A stretch of DNA of 64,000 nucleotides from Entomortierella parvispora E1425 (taxonomy: Eukaryota > Fungi > Mortierellomycota): the NCBI GenBank assembly GCA_020891255.1, contig BQFW01000006.1:1-64000 (forward strand), written 5' to 3'. This document shows positions 47,790-60,200 of the stretch, in pieces (positions within the stretch are counted from its first letter, which is position 1; the number at the start of each line of letters is the position of its first letter). Both the position numbers and the translations under genes were made by a program. Under the pieces are notes generated by a model. The model had not been told where the DNA came from. It did not search any database and saw only the letters and a list, made by a program, of their open reading frames with translations.

Positions 47790-49700
47790 GATTATGAGGG
47801 CACATGTTTTTCCCATGAAAAATTACCCGAGGAAAGAGAGAAGAAAAGTGAGAAGACACGCCCAGGCCTCTGATAACATGAAGAGAAGAAGAGAGCAAAA
47901 ACAAAGGCAGGGGCAATAAGGATCACGAGAGGAGATAGGCAAGAGAATAGGGAGATGCAAAAAAAGAAGACGGATGCAAGAGACGAGAGGAGAGAGCCGA
48001 AAGGAAGCAAGGGTAGAGGAGAGGCGAAGGATGTAAGAGTCGAGACGAGAGAGAACAAAAGACGAGAGATGAGAGGGATGCAAAAGTCGGGAGGAGAGAG
48101 GAGAGAGATGCAAGAGTTGAGAGAGAAGGGAGGGACGCAAGAATTGAGGATTGCAGGAGACGAGAAAGTCGAGGGATGCAGGAGAGACGAGACGAGATGA
48201 GTTGGATGCAAGCGTGCAATAGAGGAGAGGGATGCAAGAGACGAGTTGAATGGAGGAGAAGAGAGGGATGCAAGACACGAGTTGAATGGAGAAGAGAGGG
48301 ATGCAAGAAAGACGAGATGGGTTGAGAGAAGGGAGGGGAAGGGAAAGGAAGTTCAGACAACCCATCCAACAACAACAAACAACAACGACGTTTCTCCCGT
48401 CTCTTTTTTTTTCACCCCAGCAAAAGAGCAGTGGTCTTGGGAGGGGGGGAGGAAGAAGGGGGACAAGATGAAAGAGAAGAGACGACTAAGAGAGAAGAAA
48501 CGAGCAAGAATGGAGAGAAGAGAGGAACGACCAAGAGAGCAGAGACGACAGAGCAACAGCGGATCTGACAACAGCAATAAATGACCCAGACGGATGACAG
48601 GAGATCAGTCCATGCGTGGGGGTACCGCCAGCAGCACTTTCATGCCAGGGAAAGGGTGGACGAGCAGGAAACTCCCTTCGTAGCGACCAAGATGAAGAAA
48701 TCAACAGGAAAGAAAGACAAGAAACGATCAAGACTGACGGGCAAGCGGGAAGACAGAAAAAAGACGATCAAGAGTGAGGGAAAAGAAGAGGGGGACAGTT
48801 GGATCCAAAGACGAAAGAGCGATGCAAGACAGGGGGAGACCAGACAAGTTCAAAGAGAAAAGAAGACGTCATCCAAAGAAAAGAAGGGAAAGACTGAAAG
48901 AAGAGAAGGGAGAGAAGAAAGGAGAGGAACAAGACGGAAGAGAAGAGAGGAGACGAGCAAGAGGAAGAGAGGGAGGTCTGAAAAGAGAGACGACCAAGAG
49001 AGAAAAGAGATTAACAGGAGGAAAGAGAAGAGAAGAGACTATTATGAAGAGGGAAGAGGAAGAGAAGAGAGCAAGGGAGAAGATAGAACGAGTCCATGCG
49101 ACAACAAAAAACCAGGGATAGAGTCCTTCCCAAGCAGCTGCGAACTGCTCCTCCAAGAATTGTTCCTCCCTTGGACGGACATGTCCACCTTGATGCGGAG
49201 ATGGTTGACTCACAGTCGGCATCTCTTCATTTGTTGAGCCATGAGGTCATTTGTCGACTTCTGACGTTTTCTCTGCTGCTGGAGCTCAAGGGCATTTGTT
49301 TCCAACAAGTCAAGGTCGAGTTAGAACCTATCAGTCTGGCCATGAGCGAATGCTGTAAATGGAAAAGAAAAGAGGAATAGAAGAGACAAGAGGGGTGGAG
49401 GAGACGAGATGGCGAGCCCAAGAGAGCAGGAGACAAAAAGGAGATGGAGGGAAGAGTAGAGAAAGAGAAAAAAAGAGACTTGTTCAGGGACGACCAGCGG
49501 TTTCGATGAGTCCCAACGGCAGTAAACAACAACGCACGCTTTTCCGTTTCTCCCCATCGACGGTGGTCTTGGGATGATTCTCGAGAGAGAAGGAAAGAGA
49601 AGATAGGGATAAGAGGGAGAGAAGAGAGGGCCAAGAGGAAAGAGAATTCAGTCCACACAGTAATGCGGACAACAATCAAAAACACGGTGCAGAGTCGCCG
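47790..49700. repeat. Purine-rich composite repeat, copy 4
   Basis: GATGCAAGA units and the CCATCCAACAACAACAAACAACAAC...GTGGTCTTGGGAGG motif. Confidence 0.65.
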
Positions 49701-50149
49701 ATCGTCGACTTTTGTTTTTGTGCCAGCGGCTGCAAAGTGCTCCTCGAAGATTGCTCCTTCCTTTGACCCCAAGGTAGACACGGAGCGAGATGTCAGAGTG
49801 CCACTGCTCTAGTGCTAAGCCACAGATCTACCTCCGTATCCTGAAGATCCGTTCACTCAGAAGCCCTGGTCCCAGTCCTGAACCGTCCTAGAACTCCGCA
49901 TGGCTCTCCAACTCCATTGCTCCAGCCGCTCCACCTCTCCACCTCTCCACTACTCCATTGATCAAGCTCCGTCCCTAGCTAGTATAAAAAAAGTAGCAGT
50001 TCATGTAGAAAACCCTTTGGATTATTCCTCCCATAAAATCGTCCCATATTCTTTTTCCTTCATATTCCATGTCTATTCTGTATTGGATTTGCTCCTATAC
50101 GTTCCTACTTTTTGTACTCCACTTCATTGAACTTGCCTCTTCCAAAGAT

Positions 50150-50235
50150 CCCTCGGAAGTGGCACAATTGAATCTATTTGACACGTCACCGAAGATGACG
50201 CATCGCACAGACCCCGCCACTTCCCAAACTCAGCC
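50150..50235 (-). ncRNA. Candidate Fanzor omegaRNA scaffold
   Basis: About 55 nt downstream of the nuclease stop. 9-bp stem GGAAGUGGC/GCCACUUCC (50224-50216 with 50163-50155) encloses the hairpin AUGCGUCA-U-C(UUCG)G-UGACGUGU (50203-50181). Confidence 0.5.
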
Positions 50236-50280
50236 CGATGTATTTGCTGATACACAAAATGGACTGACTAAAATAAGTAT

Positions 50281-53200
50281 CTACTCCTCTGCTTCTCGCT
50301 TGACTTGATCGGGGTCATTCTCCATTTGTCGTTTGACTTGATCCTGTCCTCCCTCTGACCAATTGAGTGGCGCCTTTCGTTTGACTCCGCGAGCCGTGGA
50401 TTTGACACTTAGTGTGGCTTCGGGGGAAGAAGGTACCCTCTGTGCGCTGAGCACCGTAGCACGTCTGCCCCCACGACCATCCTCCCACGGATATTTCCCT
50501 TCTGCATCCACAGGTTGAAGGTAACGAGGCCGTTGCTGTTTGGTAATATGCCCCTGAACAACATTCGCTATGTTGTGCCCACCCATCACATCTCTGTGAA
50601 AGTAGGTCTTACAGTAGGAACAGTACAGCCGTCGAATGTTCACTTGGCCGACGAAGTTTTCACAGCCCGGACACTTTTTGGAGGTGTAATACTCGTTAAC
50701 ACCAACCACTATGTATCCAAGCGACCGTGCCTAGAAAGCAATTGATGTTAAACTTGATATAATGATATGAAAAATAAAAAAAAATAAAAAAGGACCAGAG
50801 CACTATACCTTTTGGACAAAGTATGACTGAAAGGTCCCATGGAGGGAGGACAATCTCATTGTCGAGGAGAAGTCACCAAGACCAATACCAATGACAACCT
50901 TGTTTTCGGGATCTCTTTTTGATCCCAATGACCCTCCAACAAGACTCAAAAGTTGGTTTGCGATAAGCCTATATTCTTCCACCTTGGCTTTCTGGGCGTT
51001 CCATCTGTGTTTTTTCAGAACGACATTGTCATAAAACTGTTCGAGCGGGGCACCCTTTTCTTTCAAATGCTGGACGTAATCCTTGATAGATGCCTCTGGA
51101 CCACGAACAGGTGGTAGACTCGATTCCAAGTCGGCAACCGACAGTGTTCCTCCCAAAGTTTTTTTTTTCCTATGCTCTAGCCAGCTTCTGTGTCTAAAGA
51201 CAGGTTGGTATACGGCCTTTTGCTTTACGGACAGGTTGAAAAAACGCTGCTTCGCAGGAATGGCAGTTGCTCCACCTTGTGAAGGTAAGATAGCACTAGC
51301 CCCAACAACGAAGGCCTGTCCTAAGTCGATTCCCAATATTTTGATCTTCTCAGGATCGACGCCATCGCCCCAGAGTCGGTGGACATCTTCCTTGGATTTG
51401 ACGACATTCCTGATCTCCGTCAGATAGTAATCCAACCCACCCAAAGTAGAGGCAATGCGGTCAGGTAGCTTCTCTGGAGCAAGACGGCGGTACTTCACAC
51501 AATTCAGCTCGTTGAGTTTGAACCCAAGTACTTGAAGACGGAATCCATCTGTCCTAATCGACCCTCGTAGGAGATATCCGTTGGCGGCATAGGTCTTGGG
51601 ATCGAAGGTCGCTTGAGATATGTTGCTCAGATGAGTCATAACTTCTGGAAGTGACATGGTCCTTGCTGACCTTGAGAAGCTCCTCTTCTTTTTTCTCTCT
51701 TCCGCGCTGTATCCCCCGATGTCGGACAAGAGGCTGTTGATGAGTAGGCCAGGCTTGGAATATCCTAGCCACATCGCAACAACATCTTGGGTGATTTTCT
51801 CGAATCGATGGACGTTAACCGTATGGAAGGCGAATTTCTGCAACTGTTCTTTCAAGGCCTGGTCCTGCCAGAAGAGCTTTATCAAGTCAAGCTCTGAGAT
51901 GTTAACAAACGTGCTGTCCATAGGTGATATCGGGGTAACACATCGTTTGGACCCTGTGATTCGGTTTAGGATGATGAAGTTCTCCACTGGAGATAGCTTC
52001 AAATCGATATTGTCCACCGTGTTCGGAGGCAGTATACCCTTCTTCTTAAGAGCACGAATCTGAATAGGAGCACGCGAGGAGGTCATTAATACTTGAGAGA
52101 AAGAAATATTAACCCGAAATCGGCAGCAGGCGCAGACTATTATTGTTACCTTTTTGCAAAGATCAAGAGAGCCATGTTTGTAGTGCTTCATATACTCAAT
52201 AGTAAGATTCAGCGCAGTTGATTGAAGAACAGAAGAAGAAGGATATGGCCCTGCCGCTATCGATATGAGGACGAGGAGACCAAACGATAACATGTTAGAT
52301 AGAGAATAGAGACGCTCAGGCACATGCAGACAAACCATTTAGTCATAGTAAGCACTTGATGACATCAAATTTACCATTGCCATTCTGCGGAGGCAAGAAG
52401 TCCTTTGCTTTGATCAGGAATTCGCGAACCGCACACACTGAATCCGAGTCCCCCTTTTCTTTCTTCACCTTTGCCTTGTCAGCGTTCGATGCGGTGTTTT
52501 TTTGCTCAACCGAGGGTGTTTGGTCGCTGGAAGACGTTTGGTCGGTGTAAGACAATTGATCGGTGGAAGACGATTGATCGGTCGAATGAGGCTTGTATTT
52601 GGCCTTAAATGCAGCCAATCTTGCTGTCTGTGACATTTTCGGAGGTTCCGAGTTGTAAATGCTCGACAGAAGTGACAAGAAAAACTGGAGAGACTTGTTC
52701 TTCTTAAACATCTCGTCATCTGCCTCGACGCTGGTCGTATTGAGCTCATTGCGTTCTCCTGGATCCTCGTTGTCTTCCAAAGCAGATCCCTCAGCAGGAA
52801 GCTTGTCTCCGGCAACGAAGGGCTTGCACAACATGCCAAGGATAAGCTTGTCATTCTTGTCAAGATTATCCATAGACAGGGTCTCCAAGTATTGCCCTAT
52901 TGCTAGCTGGCATGCCCTCTTCGTCGCTGTCGCCAATCGTGCAACATTTGACAAGCAGGTCTTAATTCGAGGCAAATGTGACGCAGGAAGCAACGTCCTT
53001 TGTAGAGCTCGAGTGACATTCGCGTTTAGAGTGCCTACATCCATGACTCGAAGGGGATGTTGCCGCTGGAGCTCCTTGACAAGCCGCATCTTATCCATTG
53101 TCCGGAAATTAGGCGGATCTTTTGTCACACTCTCGCTTGATTTCGTTGTGGTGGGAAGCACAGGTCGAGGGGGAGGTTCTGTCCACGGCTTTAAAGTGTA

Positions 53201-54621
53201 CTGCTTCAGAACATCTGGGGGGTCGTGCTCAATGATGCGGGACCTCGTTTTGATGGCGTACCGCTGGCGATATTTGTATTTCCTGCCAGACGCGTGAGGA
53301 GATGGCGAAATTGCAGGTTGACTGTCGACAGTGTTGTACCGATTAAACTTATACTCAATATCGCCAGTATGGGCGACGGGCAGGTTGGAAGAGGACCTAG
53401 AAGACGATAATGATACCTTGTTAGTGACTGGAGAACACAGTCTTGCTTTCAAGTGCTGAAGTGCTGAGTGAAATGAAGAAAGTCCATACCCTTCACTCCT
53501 AACAGTCTTGAGTTGGCTCTGCAAACTTCTCAGCCTCGCAGTTATTTCTGTCAGAGACGGGGAAGAACGCGGCTGATTCATCGTATCCTCATAACAGGCT
53601 TGGGGCAGCAGAGTTTGATCCCAAAAGGTAAATTCTTGTCGGGCAAATACCTTCAGGGCCGAGTCGAAATATGAATTGCCAGGATCCTTAATGATCACCT
53701 CCGGATGGGTCAAATAGGCACGAATCAATTCGTTGACATCTAATGGGGGGTCTTCACAAAATAGGGCTGTTAGTTGGTACTAAGGCATCCATCATGGCAA
53801 TGCATTGGTGGGAGGGACCAAAAGTACATAGAACAGATGTTACCTTTGTCACGCAATGATTGGAGGACCTCATAGTTGGTGACTATGCCCATTTGCTTCA
53901 AATTGCAGGAGTAGTCGTTCCGACAAACAACACCAAGAGCTGTGAGACCCGCCCTGGTTAGCTGCAAATGTATTAACAGCTTCGGGACGTCGTACTCAAG
54001 GTATCCTCCCCTGGCAAGTGGCCTCCAAATTGTAGTGATCGAAGAAAGATGGACGAGACTATCACTGTCACCAGAGACAACAATATCCTCAGTGCGGCAA
54101 TTGAGTGCAATCTGGATGTCAGCCTCTGATGGACATTGAATGACACTCCAGCCCTTTGCTATTAAGAATTGAGCAAGCGACTCGCGAAGGTCGGCAGAGA
54201 GATAAAATGCTGCGTTAAGCCCTTTGTTGAGTTTCCTGAATTGCTGTTTCTTGAGCTTCTTTTTCTGCCGAAACATATCCTCCATCTCATGCAACAGCGA
54301 GTCCGCTTTCGTCAGGGATGTTGAGCAACGAGCCTCACGCAAGGCTCTTGTTGCGCGTTTCTCCTCTGGGGATGGTCCGTCCATATAGAGAAGAGTCGTT
54401 GCTGGAGGAAATTTAAGAGACCGGAGCTTCATCTCGAAGATGGAATTGGCCATCACTGGGTCGTGTTTGAGGAATGTGCGGCGAATGAGAGGGTACATTG
54501 AGCCCAAAATATCGACATGAAAGGTTGTATTCGGGGGCCGAGAATGCTGGGGGCAGTTGGAAAGAACGTCGGGGAAGTATCCCTTCTTCTTGACGAACGG
54601 CCATAAGAAAGGGACGCCCAT
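50281..54621 (-). CDS. XPG/FEN1-type PIN nuclease fused to a Fanzor/TnpB-like RuvC nuclease, about 1316 aa
   Basis: Exons 54621-53844, 53739-52375, 52256-52150, 52059-50809 and 50730-50281. All introns are GT-AG, phases are compatible, and the 3951 nt have no internal stop. PIN motifs: VDILG, MDGPSPEEK, EADIQIA, SGDSDS, RNDY. RuvC motifs: GIDLG, IGLGDFS, VNEYYTSKKCPGC, CSYC, HRDVMGGHNI. Confidence 0.88.
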
Positions 54622-54976
54622 AGCAAAAGGCCCGGCGGAAGATAAAGGGCAACCAGGGATTGAGCGAGGAAGTAAAGGTGTATAAAAAAATATGTGGGTG
54701 GTTGGGAGGGTGGGTGGAAGAGGGGAGGTCAGAAGGAGCGACAGAGCAGAAGGAAGTTGGGAAGAAAGGCGTGTCTTTTAAGAATCCTGGTGAAGGAAGG
54801 ATGGGAGTGGGAATTTTTTGCCACCACTTTTGTTCCCAGTTCAAATTCAAGCCACTTGGTTGCACAAAATAGTTTGTGTTCCTGTTTTCATTTTTTTCCC
54901 GCCTTCCCGCCGCCGCGCTTCCCGCCACCGCGCTTCCCGCGTTTGTCCTCTTGCCTCCTGCTCCATTGCATGCCCC

Positions 54977-56780
54977 ATGGCCAGCCTTCGAGTGAAGGAC
55001 ATCCTCCTGCAGCCCGAGGACTTTGATCCCCGCGAGATATACACGCCCAACAACATTTCTCAGGAGCACGAGATCTGGAGGGCATCACTCTCCATCGAGG
55101 AATTCAAAACGTTTTGGCATCGAGAGCGGACAGCAATTCAATTGAACATCGTGTTGAAGGAGGATGCAATCACCATCTCTTGAAAGGTGACCCAAACGCC
55201 TTACTTCCAACCTACCGCCCTGCACCTCCCTTTGGTAGCGCTCCAGGGGGACAAAAGAGGTTCGATTGGAGTTTCCGCTTCACATGCAGAAGGTACAGGC
55301 AGATCAATGATAATTTGACCATCAAACGCACATCCGTTGGACAGAGATGTCCTGTTTCTATCCGGATGAAAAAAGCCTGTAGGGAGAGAGCTTGTGGTTG
55401 TAGAGTATCAATGGAGACACAATCATGACGACTCCGCGGAAGCACGAGCCAGAATTCCATTGAGCAGAAACGAATTGATGTGGACCAAGTCCCAGGCAAA
55501 GAACAACCAGAGGTGGACTTCAATTAAAGATCTTCTCCGTCCAGTTAACCAGGCAGCGATGTCCTTGGTAAGCAAGGTCCCAGACTTTGAACGTTAATCA
55601 GTGAAGAGGTATTTCCAACTGATGTACTCATATTTCCGTTGCTGTGATTTAGCTCGCGAGCACGACACCAGGAAGCCCGTTGAGCCCTGCTGCATACATG
55701 AAATACAAGCATGTAAAATCTGCCATCTACCGCTCAAAGACGTCTTTGTCCCGTAAAAGTATTAACCCCACCCTGAGTATCAAACTTTGGATGAATGATA
55801 TTCAAGCACATGGTGGCAAGAGTACGTTCGTCCCGAAAGTATCAGGGATCGACAATAATTACTTCTTTGCCTGGTCTACCAAATTTCAGCTGGAGGTAGG
55901 CATTGCTTTTTGATGTCTGTGTTTCCCATACCATACTCCCACTTACAAACACTATCCATGTTACTTCGTTGACCAGATTATGGCTAGGAACACGGGGATC
56001 GTGTGCATGGACTCTACTCACAAGACAGTTAAATCACTGTTACCTGATCCTAAGGATAAAAAAACGTGCCCTTCCGCGTACCTTTTCACCCTCCTTGTCC
56101 GAGATCGTCAGGCAAACTGTGGAGTGCCCGTGGCTTTTATGGTCTGCAATTCAGAATCCATGTAAGTTTCAGAGTATACCACAACTGATCCATTGCATTC
56201 TGAGGATGCAACAATGAACTAAATGGCCTTTTTTTTTTTTTTTTAGAAATACTCTGAGACTCTGGCTAAAATGGGTTTCCGATCACTGTGGTATCAATGC
56301 AACCAAATTCATGGTGGATTGCTCCCAGGCGGAGTCAGAAGCGATATATCAGGCCTTCATGACCTCGGTAGATATTTACTATTGTACATTCCATGTTGCT
56401 CAAGCGTGGGAGAGGAAATCCAAGGAACTGTACGGAGTAAGTGTGTGAGAAAAGTGCGTTGCCGCCCGGGTAACAGATTTTGTGATGAAGCAATTAATTC
56501 TCATGTTGCAACAGGTCAAAGTCTGTAATGATTTACGTGGGCCACTGAAACGGATCCGAACCGCCGAAACTGAGGAGGAGCTTGCTAGAAGATGGGACAG
56601 CTTCACAGAAACATACAAAAAATACGACAAGATGATCAGTTACTTGAGAGCATGGATGACACCTGAGAAAAAAGTGAAGTGGGTGCTGTACATAAGAAAA
56701 GTAAAGTAGGCCATGGTTTGCAGAAGGACTGAAAGTCGAGTCAAGTTTGTATGACCTTTACTCTCTAACCATTTCAGCAC
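54977..56780 (+). pseudogene. Mutator (MULE) transposase, frameshifted and interrupted by a Ty3 insertion
   Basis: FTCRR...S...CPVSI...HNH zinc DNA-binding domain; CMDSTHKT, YLFTLLVRD, GVPVAFM, FMVDCSQAE, YCTFHVAQAW. GT-AG introns, frameshifts near 55150 and 55390, cut at about 56781. Confidence 0.85.
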
Positions 56781-57212
56781 TGAAATGTTTTGGTACTCAC
56801 AAGAAGTAATTGGGACAAAGAGAAGGATCTGAACTGACCCCTCTGTCTCGATCCTATAAGGACGAGCCAGAGTGGCTTAGCACGGCTCCTGTCATCTTGC
56901 TTTATTGTGCTATCTGACATGCCCGCTTGACCCAAATATACCACAGCCCTCTTCCTTGGGGAAGGCTGAAAGCCGGGTAAGAATAGTATCATTTGTGTCG
57001 TACAAGCATGCTTGATGATCCCAAGTAAGAAAAAGAAATCAAAAAAAGAAACATATAAAAAAAATAAAAAATAAAAAAATAAGTGAAATGGAAGTCAACA
57101 TCTTCCAATGACCTTGGTGGAGACTACCGGGCAAAAATCAAAAAAGCCTGGCTGAAGGGAAAACCTCGTGGGTGAAAACCTTCATCGTTCTCCTGAGGGA
57201 AAAGCGGAAAAC
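56781..57212 (-). repeat. 3' LTR (boundary uncertain by a few bp)
   Basis: Direct repeat of 63933 onward. Possible TGTTTT...AAAACA termini at 56786/57212, with a weak purine tract adjacent on the minus strand. Confidence 0.75.
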
Positions 57213-57245
57213 AACCCTCCATAATTCATTTAGCGATGTGAGTGG

Positions 57246-60200
57246 TTAAGTGCGCTTGCGTTTTTTCGCATGAGCTGCTTTCTCCTTTCTAGCCCGCTCA
57301 GCGCCTTCGCCAGTTTGGTCTGCCGACTGGGTTTGACCTGACCGCGTACGCGTCCTTGTCGCGATCGTTGTGTTCTCACTGGAATCATTGCCCTCTTGGT
57401 TCCGACCAGTTGGGTCTTCCTCTGATTCTGATTCGCTGTCTGTGAAGTCCGTCTCTTGAACTGCCTGCCCAGACTTAGTCCTCTTCGTCAGATGGTTTAA
57501 CTGCTGCGACGAGTGCACCCCTGGTCGATCGCGAGTCTTCCAGTAGTCCTCGATGCATTTCGTCTCAAAGAAATTCCTTATCGGTTCCCAGGTATTGTCC
57601 TTTGCCGTGTATCCTTTCCACTTCACCAGGTACTCTACTCCCCCCCCAGGTGGCTCCCTGTGGTTGAGTACTTTTTCTACCTCGTAAGTGGGTGTAGCTT
57701 CAAAATCCTCCAAGACGAGTTTGAGCTGTGATGGTGCAAAATTACGCTTGAGTTCCTCACCTGTACCGTCACGCAGTACATATGAGCCCCCTGTTGTTTT
57801 GCGAACGACCGTAAATGGTCCCTCGTAACGCGGCGCAAGTTTGTCTCCTCGGATTGGGTCAATTGACATCACCTTAGCTCCGTCAGCAAATTCATTGAGC
57901 AGGATCGATTTGTTGAATCGTTCGACCATTCGTCGTTGGGTCTCCTTAGCCTTAGCTGCAATTCCTGGAAAGACAACATCGGTCACGTATTGTAGTCTCT
58001 CCAAGAGTTCTTCCTTCGTGGCGGCTCCCACATTGGCACGCGGAAAGTTGCTGTTCCCGTCGTATTGTCTGGCAAAGAAGAGTGAAAATGGAGATGAGTT
58101 GTGTAACGCGACGATCCTCGTGTTCATGGCCAACTGTGCCATAGGTACATGCTGTGCCCAACTGGCTTTGTCTCCTTTGATCTCCTTCCTAATTATGTTG
58201 CAAGCCGTCTTGACGTGGTTCTCTGCCACTCCATTTCCCCGTGGGTGATATGGTGTGACAAGACGGTGCTCTGCTCCTGCTTTCTTCAGTAGCGTGGTTA
58301 CTGCCTCGTTGACAAACTCTCTGCCATTATCCGATTGGATGATCCTGGGGAATCCGATCGTAGTGAAGATACCAAGAAGTACTTCCGCGATCGTGAGTGC
58401 TGCTTTGTCTGGTATGGGTCGTAAGAATACAAACCGCGTGCATACGTCGACCAGCACAAGGAGGTATCGGCATCCATTGCTTTCCTCCGGAAATGGTCCA
58501 GCCAGGTCGACTGCCATGTGTTCACCAGGTAGATTCGAATATATGGCCGCCAATGGGTGATAGCCTTTGCGAGCGATGTTGGTTCGCTGGCATTCGCGAC
58601 AACGTTTGACGTGTTCCAGACAATCCTTGACAAGATGTGGCCAAGTTTTGCCTATCGCATGAATATGTTTAACCATTGCATTGGCACCGAAGTGGCCATT
58701 TGCATGTACATCATCTAACAGCGTCGTTCTGTCCGATTCCTCGACGGTTTCCCTAATTGTGTCCTTGTCCTGGATCAGATGTACGTAACCATACACTTTG
58801 TCTGGTGCGGTTCCTTTGATCTTATCCGTCCATAAGTCCTTTGGAAATTGCCGAGATAACGCGTCTGGCAGAACGTTCAGCGCTCCTGGTCGGTACACCA
58901 CCTTGAAGTTGTAATCCAAGATTGTCTCCTGCCACGCTGTCAACATGGAGTTCATCTCTTGCTGGGTATGCATGAATGTCAGAGCTCTATGGTCCGTGTA
59001 GAGCGTGAAGTGTCTACCCCATAGGTAATAGTGCAATTTCTTTAGTGCAAAGACAATCGCCAGCAACTCCCGCTGTGTAGCTGAATAATTGCGTTCACTT
59101 GGTTGCAATGAACGTGCGACAAATGACACATACCGAATATTCTCCGGGTTTTGCTCCCCATCAGGTAATTGATACAATACTGCTCCTATGCCGAAGTTCG
59201 ATGCATCTGTGGCAACATGGAACGGTAGGCTAAAATCAGCAAAGTGTAGGATGGGAGCAGCGATGAGCAGATTCTTTAGGGCGTTGAAACATTCAAGCTG
59301 TCTCTTATCCAATTTGAATCGTCCTGGTGCATTCCTCAAGGCATCCAGCGGCGCTGCTATCGTACTAATCAATGGGATGTATTCTCTGAAGAAATTAAAC
59401 GTACCCATGTATGACATGACCTCCGCACCTGTCTCGGGTGGAGCCCATTCATCGATGTTAGCCAATTTGTTCGGATCCACGCGTTTGCCGTTGACGTCGA
59501 TCACAAATCCTAGCACTGCTACTTGCGTGGCAAAGAAGCGACATTTCTCAACATTAATGATGAGTTTCGCCGCAGAGAGTCTCTCTATGACTGTCTTCAC
59601 ATGGAGAGCATGCTCTTCTCGATTCTTTGATGCAATCAAAATGTCGTCGATAAAATTACGCACGAAGGGTAAGTCTCCTAGGATTCTTGACATACCACGT
59701 TGGAATAGACTGGAAAGCGGTTTGAGTCCAAACGGTGCCTTCTTGAACATGTACTGTTTTCCGTCGTGCATGAACGCTGTCAACATTTGATCAGCCTCAT
59801 GGATTGGCATTCTATGATAAGCTTGTCGCAAATCGATGGTAGTGAAGACCGCGTTGCCTCCCGCGAAATTCAGGATGTCACTAATGAGTGGGACTGGAAA
59901 ATTGTCGTCAGGAAGGAGTGCATTTAATGGCCGTGGATCCAAACAGACACGGTAGAGTCGCTTTTGCCCCTCTGCATCTTTCTTGGCAGCCAATGTCAGA
60001 GTATTGTTAAACGGGTTTCCTACGGGCGCAAGCGTGATCACGTCATCCTTGAGCCATCCGTCAACCGTTGCATCAATGATGGGTATCTGAGCCGCCGCAA
60101 ACACGCGAGGTCGTCGAAACAACTTCACGCCCTTGGGGACTTGTAAATACACCTTCATCTCTGGTACAGAACAATGACTCGTGGACGGAATGTCCGCATT

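Noticed and set aside
50281-52338. Bacterial IS200/IS605 or IS607 tnpB contamination
   Set aside because: The RuvC region is split by spliceosomal introns and joined to a eukaryotic-type XPG domain; no tnpA is present.
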